Shown here one piece after another: positions 1-12,344 of a stretch of DNA of 64,000 nucleotides. The notes under the pieces were generated by a model. The model made no database searches and was not told where the DNA came from. It saw only the letters and a list, made by a program, of their open reading frames with translations. Origin of the DNA: Oopsacas minuta (Eukaryota; Animalia; Porifera). Numbering within the stretch: position 1 is the stretch's first letter; each line of letters starts with the position of its first letter. The position numbers and the translations under genes are program-made. Location: contig JAKMXF010000077.1 in assembly GCA_024704765.1 (NCBI GenBank), positions 832,516 to 896,515 on the forward strand. Direction: 5' to 3'.

Positions 1-1149
1 AGTTCAAACAAATATTTCTCACCCTAAATCTAACTGGATCTCAATTATTTTGATATTAATCAAGAGATGAGATGTATACGTTTATAACCATATCAATTTT
101 ATCCAGAAATACTGAAAATTATCACCCGCATTAACCTTCTAAAATCGCTAATTTCTGATTTTTGGTGAATTACGAGCTCCAACTTTGAACTAAATTCTGG
201 AAATTATTTATCAACAGAATGCCGTCAAAATTTACAGGTATCTTCCTTTATATTCCATAATTCAATTCTCTTAAAAAAACATGGGTCATCTTCTTTGAGA
301 CTTTTTTATTCTATATATTTTTTGTTTATTCATTTTCAATTGCCTTCTTTAATTAATAAATGTATTGTAAATTTGTACTATGACCAACATGAAAGACTAT
401 CACATATTTACGTATGAGAAGTAAGATTATCATACTTATTATAGCTCCCTAACTAACAGTCTTTCATTAATAATTCAAAAATTTAGAGCTAAGATGTGGT
501 GACAATATATATATTGATGTATTCAATTAATCTAATTTTAAATACAAAATATATTATGAACCAGTTATATAAAATAAATGTTTCAGACGTAATTACTTAA
601 CGCTATTGGATTTCCGATATTGGAGTACAGTTTTTCGGGAAAAGTTGCGATTGCCCCAAAGATTTTTCGCAAATATCTCAAAAATTCGGTCCTCCTACAT
701 TATTTTGATAAAAATTTGAAAAATTTCATATATTACATATGCTGCGTTATCAACACCTTGAAATTTTTATATACAGTGTTTTCTCTAATCTATTCAGAAT
801 TTTTGACATCTGTTTAATGCTCAGATTACATACTTCATTATTACATCGTAAACAATATCTAGTGTCTAAAATATATATATATTTTGACGTTACATACCTT
901 TTTTTCATTTTTATGTCAAAATCTCGCATATTTCACACCTTTTTTGCGTTCTGGAATGTAGAACACCTCGAGACCCTAGTTGAAGCTAGTCTCTTAGTCA
1001 CGTAGACGAATGTAACATTTGCGATATATCAAAGCCAAAAATGCGAATACATCGGTAATTTGGTAAATCGAATTCCGAAAATAGTATAGCTCCACCTGAC
1101 TTAAAAATGTTGTTTTATCTAGCAATGAGAGAAGCAGAGTCACGCTAAT

Positions 1150-3120
1150 TAGTGGTTTCATTTAAAAGTTCTTCCATTAATTCTTTAATTAAATATCATC
1201 AACTAACCTGTATGATTGTGTAGTGTAAACCACCAATATTTTATCTTTGTAAATATCTGTAGAAATCATATTTCAGCTTTACTTATTTATGATCAAAAGC
1301 TCCAGTTCATTATTGTAAATCTGAATGTGTAAATACTAAAATCCATATTCAATTATTCCATATGCTGCGTGTCTCTAAAGTTTTCATATAAACCATTTTG
1401 TTTATAATGTTTTTTAGCATGACATACATCATTGATTTTCTATATACAATTAATACATACTATTAGGAAGATTTTGCCTAGTCATTTATTCAATATGACC
1501 ACCCTTTTGGAATGACAGCCCTGAGTCTGTTCGGGAATCCTTCTACTGCGGCACGCAGAGTTTCTTGGGATAACTTCTCCTATTTTCGTCACAAGGAAAT
1601 CTTTAGAGAGCTAACTGTGTTGTGTGACACTGAACAAGCCTTGTTTTCCAAGATAGACCATACAATTTAAATCGGGACTGGGTGGTGGTCATTCATCCTT
1701 GTGTATAAAATTGGGAGCATTGTGCTTCAGCCAATCTTGGGTTGTTTTTGCCGTATGGGCAGGAGCACATCTTGTTAGAACACAAATTGCTGTGCAGAAA
1801 ATATGGTCTGGCTCAGACCTTTTACCACAGGCTCTATTACAAGCTCTTGGTATGTTTTTGCATTGATTTTCATTCTTGGGCAATGAAAATCATTGGTGTC
1901 CGGCCAACAGCAGAGATGTGGGTTCCGCCGAATCCCATCTTGCACCACATTCTTGAAAGCTAGGGTCGTTACAGAGCATGGACGACCAGATCTCGTATTG
2001 ACTACAGTGTCCCCAGTTTCCTTGTACCGATTTATCGTCTGTAGATAATGCCCTACTTCCTTTTGCAGTTTTCAGCAGTTTCAAAATTTCTGTGGGACCT
2101 TTCCCCGCCACATACAACTCAATAATTGCTGACCTCTCAGATTCCATGGTCAATCACATTTTTTTCGAAATAGTATGGACTAAATTGAAATAACATTCGT
2201 TAGGAAGCATATAAGGTATGTCATGGAAGTGTACACAATTGAAAATATTTCCTGATAAAGTTGTATATTAATTGTGATTTTGTATCAGAACTTTGGAGCC
2301 ACCCTGTAAAATACTGCAGGAAAACTTCGGTTGTATCTTATTCTATAAATTTATTACATGGTTGTTTCAACTCTCCAACCATGTTATCAGTAATTACTGA
2401 TAGCATTTGTGGGAAATTATTGATATTTCCTGTCATCCAAAATGCTAATTAAGAAAATAAACAATTACCATCTCCAGAAATATGTAACATTTTCGAAGGA
2501 TTGTATTCGCGTAAATTTGAATTTTGTGGTGTTTCATTTCTGGAACAAACTACTAATGAATTATACAATTTTAAGTTTAACCTTTCACAAATAACTTTTC
2601 GTCCTTGGAAACTAGGAAATTTATAATCTAGTTCACCCAATTCTATAAGGTTTTAATTGGTCAACATTCCACTCCCTTACCTGGTAAACTAATATTTTGG
2701 TACTTTGGGCATTTTACTGGTTCACTTACAGACTTGATTGGTACTTGTATTTCTGTATATGCTAAAGGCCTTTGTAGAGTATTTAATGGTTTATATTTCG
2801 ATAGTAAAGTTTCAAATCCCTTTGAGTTATTTAAATCGGCAGATTTAGTATAGCTTAATTTGGTCTTTTTCCTTTTGGAACGTTCCTCCTTACAATTTCC
2901 TTCATTTCTACTTGCCATTTTTCTTTTCTTTTTAAATATTCTGTTTGGAAATGGCATAAAAGCATATTTAAATGCAGCAATCCTATCCTCTATATTTAGA
3001 TATATAGACCTAATGAACTCAGCTGCTCTCATTCTTGTATCAGATGGATAAATGCTGGGCTTAACTATCCTATACCAATTTCAACACTAGCGTTGCTGTC
3101 TGTTAAAACATTACCTGCCA
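1150..3120 (-). pseudogene. Degenerate ORF with an OTU-like cysteine-protease motif, probably transposon-borne, split by a maT insertion
   Basis: ORF 2449-2640 ends ...HISGDGNCLFS*, and the frame continues LAFWMTGNINNFPQMLSVITDNMVG, matching the OTU GDGNCLF helix. The upstream piece 2661-3032 reads PSDTRMRAAEFIRSIYLN. Possible continuation (ELELL...STDIY) below 1364. Boundaries are approximate. Confidence 0.45.
1365..2306 (-). mobile_element. Tc1/mariner maT-like (DD37D) element, internally deleted, pseudogenised
   Basis: N-terminus MESERSAIIELYVAGKG (1890-2153). Catalytic region APAHTAKTTQDWL...*PPPSPDLNCMVY has 37-residue spacing. C-terminus KGGHIE*. Imperfect TIRs ctgcgtgtctctaaagtt / cagggtggctccaaagtt, with TA at 2307-2308. 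Confidence 0.75.
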
Positions 3121-3290
3121 TATTATTATACATAATATTATTCCACTCCATAAGAGTGTCAATGGCATATATTATGTCAATAGAAAATCAAATATTTTAG
3201 GATAGTAAATTACTTTATTTTCTTCAAACTTGAGAAGTTCTAACTCCAATATCAAGGTTGTACTCAATATTCTTGATATTGGATTTAGTA

Positions 3291-3550
3291 CAGTAGATTC
3301 CGGATATAAGAACACCGGTTATAAGAACACTCTTAGTATAGTACTAAAATTGGTTCTCATTACCAATATGTTTGTAGAATCGGCATAAATTTTATAGTAG
3401 ATATGATAATACTTTTCTTTAATATGGTTTCTACATCCAAATGCGTTTAGATTAAGTGTTTTCTTTACCGGCATCTACTATATACTACATACCTGTTATA
3501 AGAACATTATGTCCAGTTCCCGACGATGTTCTTATAACCCGTATTTGCTG
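3291..3550. mobile_element. pogo/Tc1-type MITE
   Basis: TA on both flanks. TIRs cagtagattccggatataagaacac / cagcaaatacgggttataagaacat. No ORF. Confidence 0.7.
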
Positions 3551-4668
3551 TATCCTCATAAATTTTTTCATAATAATTACCAAGGGTGACTTTTGCCTTT
3601 AAGTGACGGTATGTAATTTTACAGTTACTTCAACCTCAAATTCTTCGGGTATTCATTACTTATTTTGATTTCATCTTTAACACACATTTCGAATTCGGAA
3701 ATTTTATTATCATAATCAATTGATCGTTTACAAAACATGCAGTATAATATAATAATTCAAAAAGATGATCAAAACACCAACCAAGGGATGGCCAGAATCC
3801 GTCTGATAGGCTATATTTGTTCATATTTTCTAACAAGATCAAGATCAACAGAAAAGCGTGACGGACGGAAATAATTAAACACCTTCCGCCTAAAGACCAA
3901 GTGATCGGTCCTGGGTTTATCTTGATACCACCAATGAAGAGCAGAATTGAAATTCCACAGGAACACAGAATAGAAGTACTATAGACATAGAAATGAGAAA
4001 GTCAGATGATCTTTTGGAACAATCGGAGCATTTCCGAAGAGAGTGCAATCCAATGCGAGTACGTCATAACTCAATGGTAATCATGAATATGTCCGATCAA
4101 TGAAAATATTATATAGGCAGGCGAAATAATGAAGAGCAAGAAACAAGAAATATCAAATATGAGAGCAAACGCAAAAGCAAACAAAGCAATATCAGGAAAA
4201 AGAAACAAAATTACCAAAACAACTATTATTATGGAAAGGGATGTGTAAATATATTCTGTCAGTCAATGAGCCTATTTCGTAGAATAGATAAAAATAGATC
4301 GTTCTTATTTGGGATCGTAACTATCTAAGCTAGGCGTCAATCATATTGTAGACATGACAAAGATTTACTGGAACTGTCATATGCGCAAATATATTCGGTT
4401 GGAAAATTGTGAAGATTAGAAGTTATAGACAATGAAAGTCTATAAAAATTAACAGCGCTTCCTTGTGTTTTTAAGGAAATTGAATTTTATAAGACAAAGG
4501 AAGGTATCTGTCAAATTTGAGACGATTCTATTCATAAATAATTTCCATAATTGATTCACAAAAAATCAGAAATTGTCGATTTTTAGAAGGTAGATGCGGG
4601 TGTTAATTTCCAATATTTCTGGATAAAATTGATATGGTTGCAAACGTTTACATCTCATCTATTGATTA

Positions 4669-7224
4669 CACTGATATACAAAATTGTAAAAAGTTTTTGA
4701 TGATTAAATAAGAATAGCTGAAATTGAATAATTTGTAGGGACTGTTTATGAATGAGTTAAGTATATATTCACAACGGGTCTAGAATTTGTAATTTTCTGG
4801 TTGGAAGATTGCACCAATATGTGATTGAGTATATGAAATTAAACATACATTTATGTTTATTACCTACTAAATCATACTAATATTAACTGTCACTAGCGTG
4901 CTACGCGGATTCTAATACTTCGTGTCCGTACTCGGCCTTCGGCCCTCGCTTTGACTATTAGTTTGTGTGATATTCAGAATCAGCGTACCCGATTACCCCA
5001 CAATAACCGTTGAAACCACGTTTCTAGGATAATTTTGGAATTTGTTTCTTTATGCTACTAAACAACAACAAATATTTATCACATGTTACTAACAATATGA
5101 TATTCGGAATCAGTACACCCGTTTGTATATTTTCCTGATTAACACCATAGATATATAGATACAAACATTTTGCAGATATGAATTCCACATTCCATTTCAG
5201 CTTCCATAGCAACGGACAAACGGACAGACAGACAAACAAACAGACAACAATTGAGATTTAATAATATAGATTCAAATTTAATCGTCTAAAAATTGTCTTT
5301 TCCTCGACTTTCTTTTGTGTAGAACGTCAGGCTTGTTGCGTTTCAAACACCAACAGTAGTCCGCCATCATACTGGAATTCCATTTTCCTTGGTATCTGTG
5401 TTCAATGTCACTAATATCCTGATGAAAACGTTCGCCTTGTTCTTCGCTTAGTGCCCCAAGATTTTTTGGAAAATAATCCAGGTGTGAGTGAAGGAGATGG
5501 ATTTTTATAGACATTCTCGCACCGAGCATTTTGTAATTCTCTATTTATCTCTCGACAATGTCAGCATAGTTGTCAACTTTGTGATTTCCAAGGAAACTTT
5601 CCACCACATCACGAAAACTCAGCCAAACTTTCCTCTCTAGACTATTTAATTTTTTAAGAAATTCATCATCTCTGAATAGCTCCCTTATTTGTGGTCCAAC
5701 AAAGATGCCACCTTTAATCTTCGCATCAGAAATTGCGGGGAATTTTTCCACGAGGTACAAAAAACCTCCACTTTCCTTGGGCAATGCCTTCACAAAATTT
5801 TTCATTAAACCAAGCTTAATGTGAAGAGGTGGTAGCAAGACATCGTTAGAATCCACAAGTGGTTCTTGGATAACATTGTGACTACCAGGAACTAAATGGT
5901 CTCGATGCGGCCACGCTTTCTGGACGTATTGTCGAGCGTCTGCACGGCTATCCCACAAACACAGGAAACATGGATATTTGGTGTAACCATCTTGTTGTCC
6001 GAGAAGTAATGATATGACCTTAAGATCTCCACAAATTAACCATCGATGTATGGTGTAATTTAGTGCATCTAGGAAGACTTTCATGGTGTCGTAAGTCTCC
6101 TTAAGTTGAAAAGAATGTGCAACTGGAATACACGCAAGCTTGTTACCATTATGGAGTTACACTCCCTTTAAATTTCTTTTAGAGGAATCAATAAATAATC
6201 GCCATTCTTCAGGATTATATTTCACTCCAAGCTTTTCTATCAGACCAGGAATATTTCCACAATATACAAATGATGGCTGTACGTGAAAAAATTTAAGGAA
6301 ATCTTGTTCTCTAGTTCGATATTTCGAAATATTCGCCCCCGGAAGTAGCAAATTCTTCTCTTTTAGACGTGAAGCAAGAATTTCTGAAGACGATTTTGGT
6401 AAATTAAGATCTCTTATTAGATCACCAAGATCATCTTGATCAAAAAGCTGAGGAGAATTATCATCTGGTGGGAGTATGTACTCGTCAGAATCTCCACTAC
6501 TATCATTGTCACTGCTAATGTCCAATATTTCTGATGGAACTGGTACAGGTAGGTCCTCTGAATGTGGAACTGACCTAATGGCGGACGGTACGTCTGGTAC
6601 GCAATACTGGATTTATTCTTTTTTGTGATACCATCAATTTTCGTCATACAGAAATAACAATTCGAAAGATGACACAATGGTTCTCTCCATATCATTGGAA
6701 CCGCAAACGGCATTTTCTTTCTCTCCCCAGCATACCACAAGCGTAAGTTCTCAACGCATGTCTAACAGGCATTGTGTGGAGCCCACGGCTTATCTTGATC
6801 CCCAAGATGGCATCCAAAATATGCGAAATAACAGCGTTCTACAGCCTTTGTGATATTTTGCCGTTGGTCAGTTGTAGTATACCTCCCACAAATATAACAA
6901 AACTTTTCAGAAGAATTTTTACAAACCCGAGAAGCCATAAACAATAAAATGAACAAGATAAACTAAATGTCGAGTGGAATCAAACAGATTATAACTACTA
7001 TTAGAGGCAATTTACATCATATAAGCAATTAAAACCAAATAAATTGGATAAAGGTGATGTATTTTGACGATATAGTCAATTAAAAGACCGAAATAACTAA
7101 AATAGAAATTTCCTACTTTTAGTACCTTTGAGAATGAAAATAATACTTAATAATTCCCAATATATATCTACACTATGCAAAAATAATAGACAAAGAAGAT
7201 CATCAAAAATGTTGTATATCAGTG
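4669..7224 (-). mobile_element. Chapaev3-like (CMC superfamily) DNA transposon with frameshifted transposase (ORF pieces 5278-6956)
   Basis: Perfect 13-bp TIR CACTGATATACAA at 4669 and its reverse complement at 7212-7224. Motifs FCYICG, GDQDKPWAPH, PFAVPMIWREP, LLPPLHIKLGLMK, HSHLDYFP, EQGERFHQDI. Family name is from motif recall. Confidence 0.75.
4890..5271 (+). repeat. Non-autonomous Helitron-like interspersed repeat with (GACA)-type microsatellite, inserted in the Chapaev 3' region
   Basis: Starts TC-ACTAG, carries acagacagacaaacaaacagac, ends ...aatatagat. Architecture similar to the repeats at about 20235 and 62870. Confidence 0.5.
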
Positions 7225-8564
7225 TATTATTATCAAATAATTGAGATCCAGTTGGATTTAAGGTAAGAAATATGAGTTTGAACACTACTTGATGTAGTAC
7301 CCCTTCATTACCCTCTACAAACTAAAAATTTGAATTTCCATAACTCCACGAGATTTCAATATTTTTGAATGATATTTAATTTACATAAACGTTCATATGG
7401 CACTAATGTGCATAGGAACTTTCAGAATCAAATTCTGACTTTTAGTTTGTGTATGTTGATGACTTTGCAAACATAGGGAATTGATCAATACTTCATATAA
7501 AATGTATAAGCTTTACGTTTAACTCTCCTCTATCGAATGAAATTAATTTCGTTAAAATCTGATATGTGAAAGTGAGTTAAATTCGTGATTGAAGTATACA
7601 TGGTCGATTAGTCTGCTACTTCTCACTCGTACACTTTATTTGGTTCTCAATTCTTTTATTGTTCGAGTATAAGCCCAAGTAAAATTTAATTTCTTGTGTC
7701 ACATCCAGAATTTCTTCAGAAATTTAAGATTTTATTATCCATGGTCAATCCAAATTACAAACAGTATCTTTTATGGTGACAGATGAGATGCTATGTCGCT
7801 TTTGGATGGTAATCTCGGCACTTCGTGGATCTGGTATCGAGAAATTTTGAAATTTTTCGATATTTGGATTTTATTGCTACAGGCATTATAGCGAAATAAT
7901 GTTGCGATAGGTCTTCTTTTCGTAAAATCATGACGTCAGGACATTTCTCACATTGGGAGGTACCTCACCTGTGTTTCAAATTTCAAATTTCCATCTTGTA
8001 TATCGAAATTCCAAGAAAGTGACGATGACGCGACAATTTCGTTATAGATGTGAACTTTCGTCCAAAACTGGCCCAAAATACCCTTATATGCCAAAAATCA
8101 ACCCTTGGGGTCCTCCAGTTCCTTCAATCAACTCTGGACATGCAAACATACATATCGACATATATAAATAGATTTATTGTGTTTTACTAGCATATATAAC
8201 CATTACCGTAACTAATTATTTAAGAAATTTCAGGATATAACTATACTCTACCATTGATGCAACCCATATAGGTTTTTATAGTTCTTACTTTACTTTTTAG
8301 CGAATATCCCGCAGAGGTTTGACTTTACTTACTAGTTACTATTTTATTATCTATTGGACCAAATATTCCTCAAATAACAATGTTCAATATTAATGTGATG
8401 TCTGATCGTGACGACCCTTAAACAATGAACCAGTGAACATACGTAACCCATACGACGAGTATGAAGTTTGCTGAATATTCGACCAGCAATAACTCAACCA
8501 TTAATTTGAATAACTTACCGTGGTCAGAATCTGAACATTTTTGAACTATTCGAAAGAAGAGATA

Positions 8565-10476
8565 CACAGTGGGTTATTTTGGCTAAATATTTCCCGTAGG
8601 ATATAACTTCAACAATTTTTATAATTTGCCCCTGAATTTTGGTTACTATGTTTTAACTAAGTACAATTTTTTGTCCTGTCAAATTTTGAGAATTGTTAGC
8701 ATTTGAAATTATGACGTCATATTTAATTTCAAAAATATTCAATTTTATTCCTTGTCTTATAATTCATTACTATATATGATATTAATATTATCTTGTTTCG
8801 ATAACAAACACTAGTAACTAGGTATCACATTAGTTATGTGGAATTATAGCCTAATATTGTATGCAGCATAATTTTGTGATTCGGATATGTTGTATAGGAA
8901 TGTGATATTATGTTAACTACAAAAATACACATATCTTTACTCTAGATTAGTTTATATCAATTTATTTCAGATAATTATTGTCATACAAAGCTGTAAAATG
9001 ACACTTACACTTCATGAAGTAAATGAAATATTTCTGGAACCTAAACTGGGCCATCGAAATGCTAAAGTAAATGTCAATTTGGCAAGCAGAATAATTGGAG
9101 AAAAACTTGGAATCGACTCAGGATTTCCAACGTCCTTAAAAGATATGAAGAACCTCCATTTGAGATGACTCGTCTTAGATAACGAATGCATCACAATCAG
9201 TCCGAAAATAATCTTGAACAAATAGTTTTTACGCGTCAGGACTATATAATAAGTGCTGAAACTCCAGCTCTAGCTGCTCTTTCGGTCAGAATATCCCTAG
9301 AAGATTTGAAAAAATCAGATTCTAATAGTGTATGCCGCCCCGAGAGTACAGTATTATGGACGCGTTATCTCAATTCGCTTGTTCAGAATGTATCAGCATT
9401 TTTCAGTATGTTGGTCTGATATTTTATTTTTTGCAGTTGCTACGCCAGGGTGCCATAACATTGCTCTTGTTGCAAAAAGAATTGCTGATGGAGATAATCC
9501 TGATAACCTGGACTCCAACAAGTTGGTTCGCTAGAAATGTCAATATTCTTTGCATATAACCTCAATTTTGGCAAATTGAAATGGACGGATCTAAGGTATT
9601 TTCTATTTTCAGAAGGTTTAAAGTTAGCCAGTTGGTCTAAAATACGTGATTTTCCTACAATCCTAATACTTCCACTTCAATTTTATCTATCATTATCAAA
9701 CCCTATTGGAGTAACAGTTAACTACATTGACCATTTAGTAAACCTCTTAAACTTATCATCACACATTCAATACAATCTATTGAAGAACCCCTGATGTACC
9801 CGCTCAACTTTATGGATAGATATGGTGTAGATGGTTTGGAAAGTTACAGTGTGTCTAATCTTAGATCTCAAACAGCTCGCGATCGTTCACATTTCTCTTG
9901 TTTATTGTTTCTCCTCCTGCATTGAAAGATTGTCAAGGAAATATTAGTTGGACTAATCAAATTCTAGATCCTCCAACCAGCCGATCGCATTGTTATCTCA
10001 AAAAGAGAACATTGAAAGTGTTACTACTCTAATGACTTTCTTAAGTCCCCATATTGACGAACTCGTTTCAACTGGCTTCGAGAATGAAAATAGACTTGTA
10101 AATATTGAAATTTAGCCCTCAATGTTAGAAGATAAGATGCGTGCCAGATTTACTGGTCGCTGCGCTGCAGGTCAGTGTTGCTACGCAGGTCAAACTTACA
10201 AGCAGGCTCTCCGCTTAATTGCACTTTGCAAGCGATCCAAGATACTATCGTTGAGCTAACTTCTGATGGAAAGGAGCTTACAGCTTATACTCCGCAAAGA
10301 GCTGGAAGCACTCATGAATCTTCTGCAAGTTCAATTGAAGTCCTTCCTATTGCACCCTTACACTCATAGATAGGTATAGTTGATTGGTTCCTGAAAATAT
10401 TATACCGTATAGCAGCGGGAAGGCTAGCTGGGCTGATAATGTAAATATTAGGACAAGCAATAAACTAATTACACAG
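8565..10476 (+). mobile_element. Transib/RAG1-core-like transposon relic A (5' two-thirds of the transposase)
   Basis: CACAGTG at 8565-8571. Frameshifted coding traces at about 8970-10476: RYGVDG (first catalytic D context), W-x-N, PIALLSQKE, PSMLEDKM...TG...C (second D context, degenerate), IAPLHS, WFLKILYRI. Confidence 0.72.
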
Positions 10477-12344
10477 CACAGTGTTTTACAACGGCATTTG
10501 GGAAGGAATAGGCAATTAGATTTGTCCTATCGTTGTATAATGTATTTTTGCATGTATATTATCGACACCTATGAGTCGATTGCGAGCATTAATTTCTTCT
10601 CAGATATCTATTTTTCTTGATATTAAGTCATTTGCGTGTATAAAAATTATTCAAAATATGGGTTCGTAATTTTTGATTCAGCAATACACTAAAATTATGT
10701 ATACACCCGACTAGGATACTATTTATCTATATACCAGTATAGCAACTATGAGGAAGAGGTTAACGAATGGAGTTGAGCATCTATATTAGATGGGCTTTGG
10801 ATATTATCTGATTTACAACATTTCGATCTTGATTAATGACCAGATTGGCCACATATTTGACAAGTTTAACTTCGCCGGAAGCTTTCAGAAATAGGATCGC
10901 TCTTGGAGACTAATCTCACGAAAACATTTTAAATTAGTCTCGAAACTATTTTTCTTGCCAGATTTATCCGATAATATTTTAAACAAGTTTGTTACAAGAT
11001 CCTGTACCTTCTTCAGAGAATCCTTCAAGCCGAATCCAGCATTGGACTCTCCAATTAACTCCTCAGAGTGGCTAATATTTGTGTAAAGTTGGTGTAATTC
11101 TACCCAGGGAAAAGAATCTAAAATAAAATGATAAGTATGTTTTCACAGATTTCCAATTCCGGAGTGTTGACTTTCTTGATTGAATTATATACTTCGATCA
11201 TTGTAGAAAGTTGTCAATGGATTTTCGTTAAAGCTGATTGATGGTCAATTGCAATAGTAGATAATACACAATTGGAGTAATCCGTTTCGCCTGACATTCC
11301 CTGTAGAAGTCGTTCCGCCACTGGGATCAGGTAGGTCAACTTTCAAACCAGTTTTGTCATGAATAAGGAATTGAATAAACTTCATTGATTCTTTGATAGC
11401 TAGAGAGTTTGTACGCCAACTCAGTTTATTGTTATGAAGATGATATACCAAAAGATTGACCTCCTAAAATGTTCTAATGGTGAATATTAAATTAAATCTT
11501 CACTGGTTGGGAGATCTACTGTAGATACTTGAAGGGCATATGAAGTATATACACAAATTGGCTTTACTGGATATGGGTATAAATATATTAATGGTTGCGA
11601 AATTACCTGATCGCGTAGATCTGCAACCTTGATATAAGATGGAAAGATAATATTGTCTCCCCCGTAATGTTTGACAAAGCTGTGTATACTTTCTCCTTCT
11701 CTTTTCGAGTAGAAAAAGCGGGAATAGAGCTTTATCAACTAGAATCAGTTAAGCAGTATGGTAACTGAGCCTACAGCCTGCTATTTCATTAACAACCGTT
11801 GAAAACGGACGGTTATCTTCCATCGTTGGATATTAGGTGCAATAATAGTGCGGCAATCTCTATGGGCGTTGTGATTTCTGTCATCACAGTTTCCTTCACT
11901 TGTTCCAAATGGTTGATAACCTGGACCGTTGTTGTTTTAAGAAAATCATAGACAATGGCTTCCTAGGATGACCATCTGATGATCTAAATGAAGTTTGAAG
12001 ACAAATTTCTGAGGTCTTGGTTCCCAAAGAATTTCCGAAGTCCACCACTCATTTATTAGTTGATCTGTTATTTTTGGATTTTTTCAGATTAACTTCAACA
12101 ATTTTCACATGCGAAGTAACTAACTCTCTCAAATCCCTTCAATATTTGAGATATTAATAGCTTCATTTACTGTATCAAGAAGTCTATTGCCCTTCACTCT
12201 CGGAATATTGGCGAAATTGCGGCGGTTTCGTGGAATTTTACCTTCAGCCATTGATAAATCTGTGATAAATGAATATTGCCTCATTAATTAATGTGTCAAC
12301 GTTGTATTAAAATATCCAACGTATGCCAAATAAAATATTTAGTA
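10477..12344 (-). mobile_element. Transib/RAG1-core-like transposon relic B (C-terminal half plus part of the N-terminus)
   Basis: CACAGTG at 10477-10483. Minus-strand motifs: TGLKVDLPDPSGGTTSTGNV (11245-11451), FPWV..TPTLHK..HSEELI, SEEG-x-x-x-CNK, LARK, VFVRLVSKSDP, then CQICGQSGH*SRSKCC. Stop near 10746. Cut at 12345 by a mariner. Confidence 0.8.

Noticed and set aside
4669-10476. Chapaev-like zinc-finger element next to a Transib core, echoing the proposed chimeric origin of RAG1
   Set aside because: The Chapaev element has its own closed TIR pair, is divergently oriented and lies about 1.3 kb away. Proximity is expected at this transposon density.
8565-10520. Complete RSS (heptamer, 12/23 spacer, nonamer) at the CACAGTG sites
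   Set aside because: No ACAAAAACC-like nonamer lies 12 or 23 bp downstream of either heptamer.
8565-12344. Convergent gene pair resembling the ProtoRAG RAG1L-RAG2L layout
   Set aside because: Both partners show RAG1-core/Transib motifs. No kelch or PHD (RAG2-like) signal was seen.
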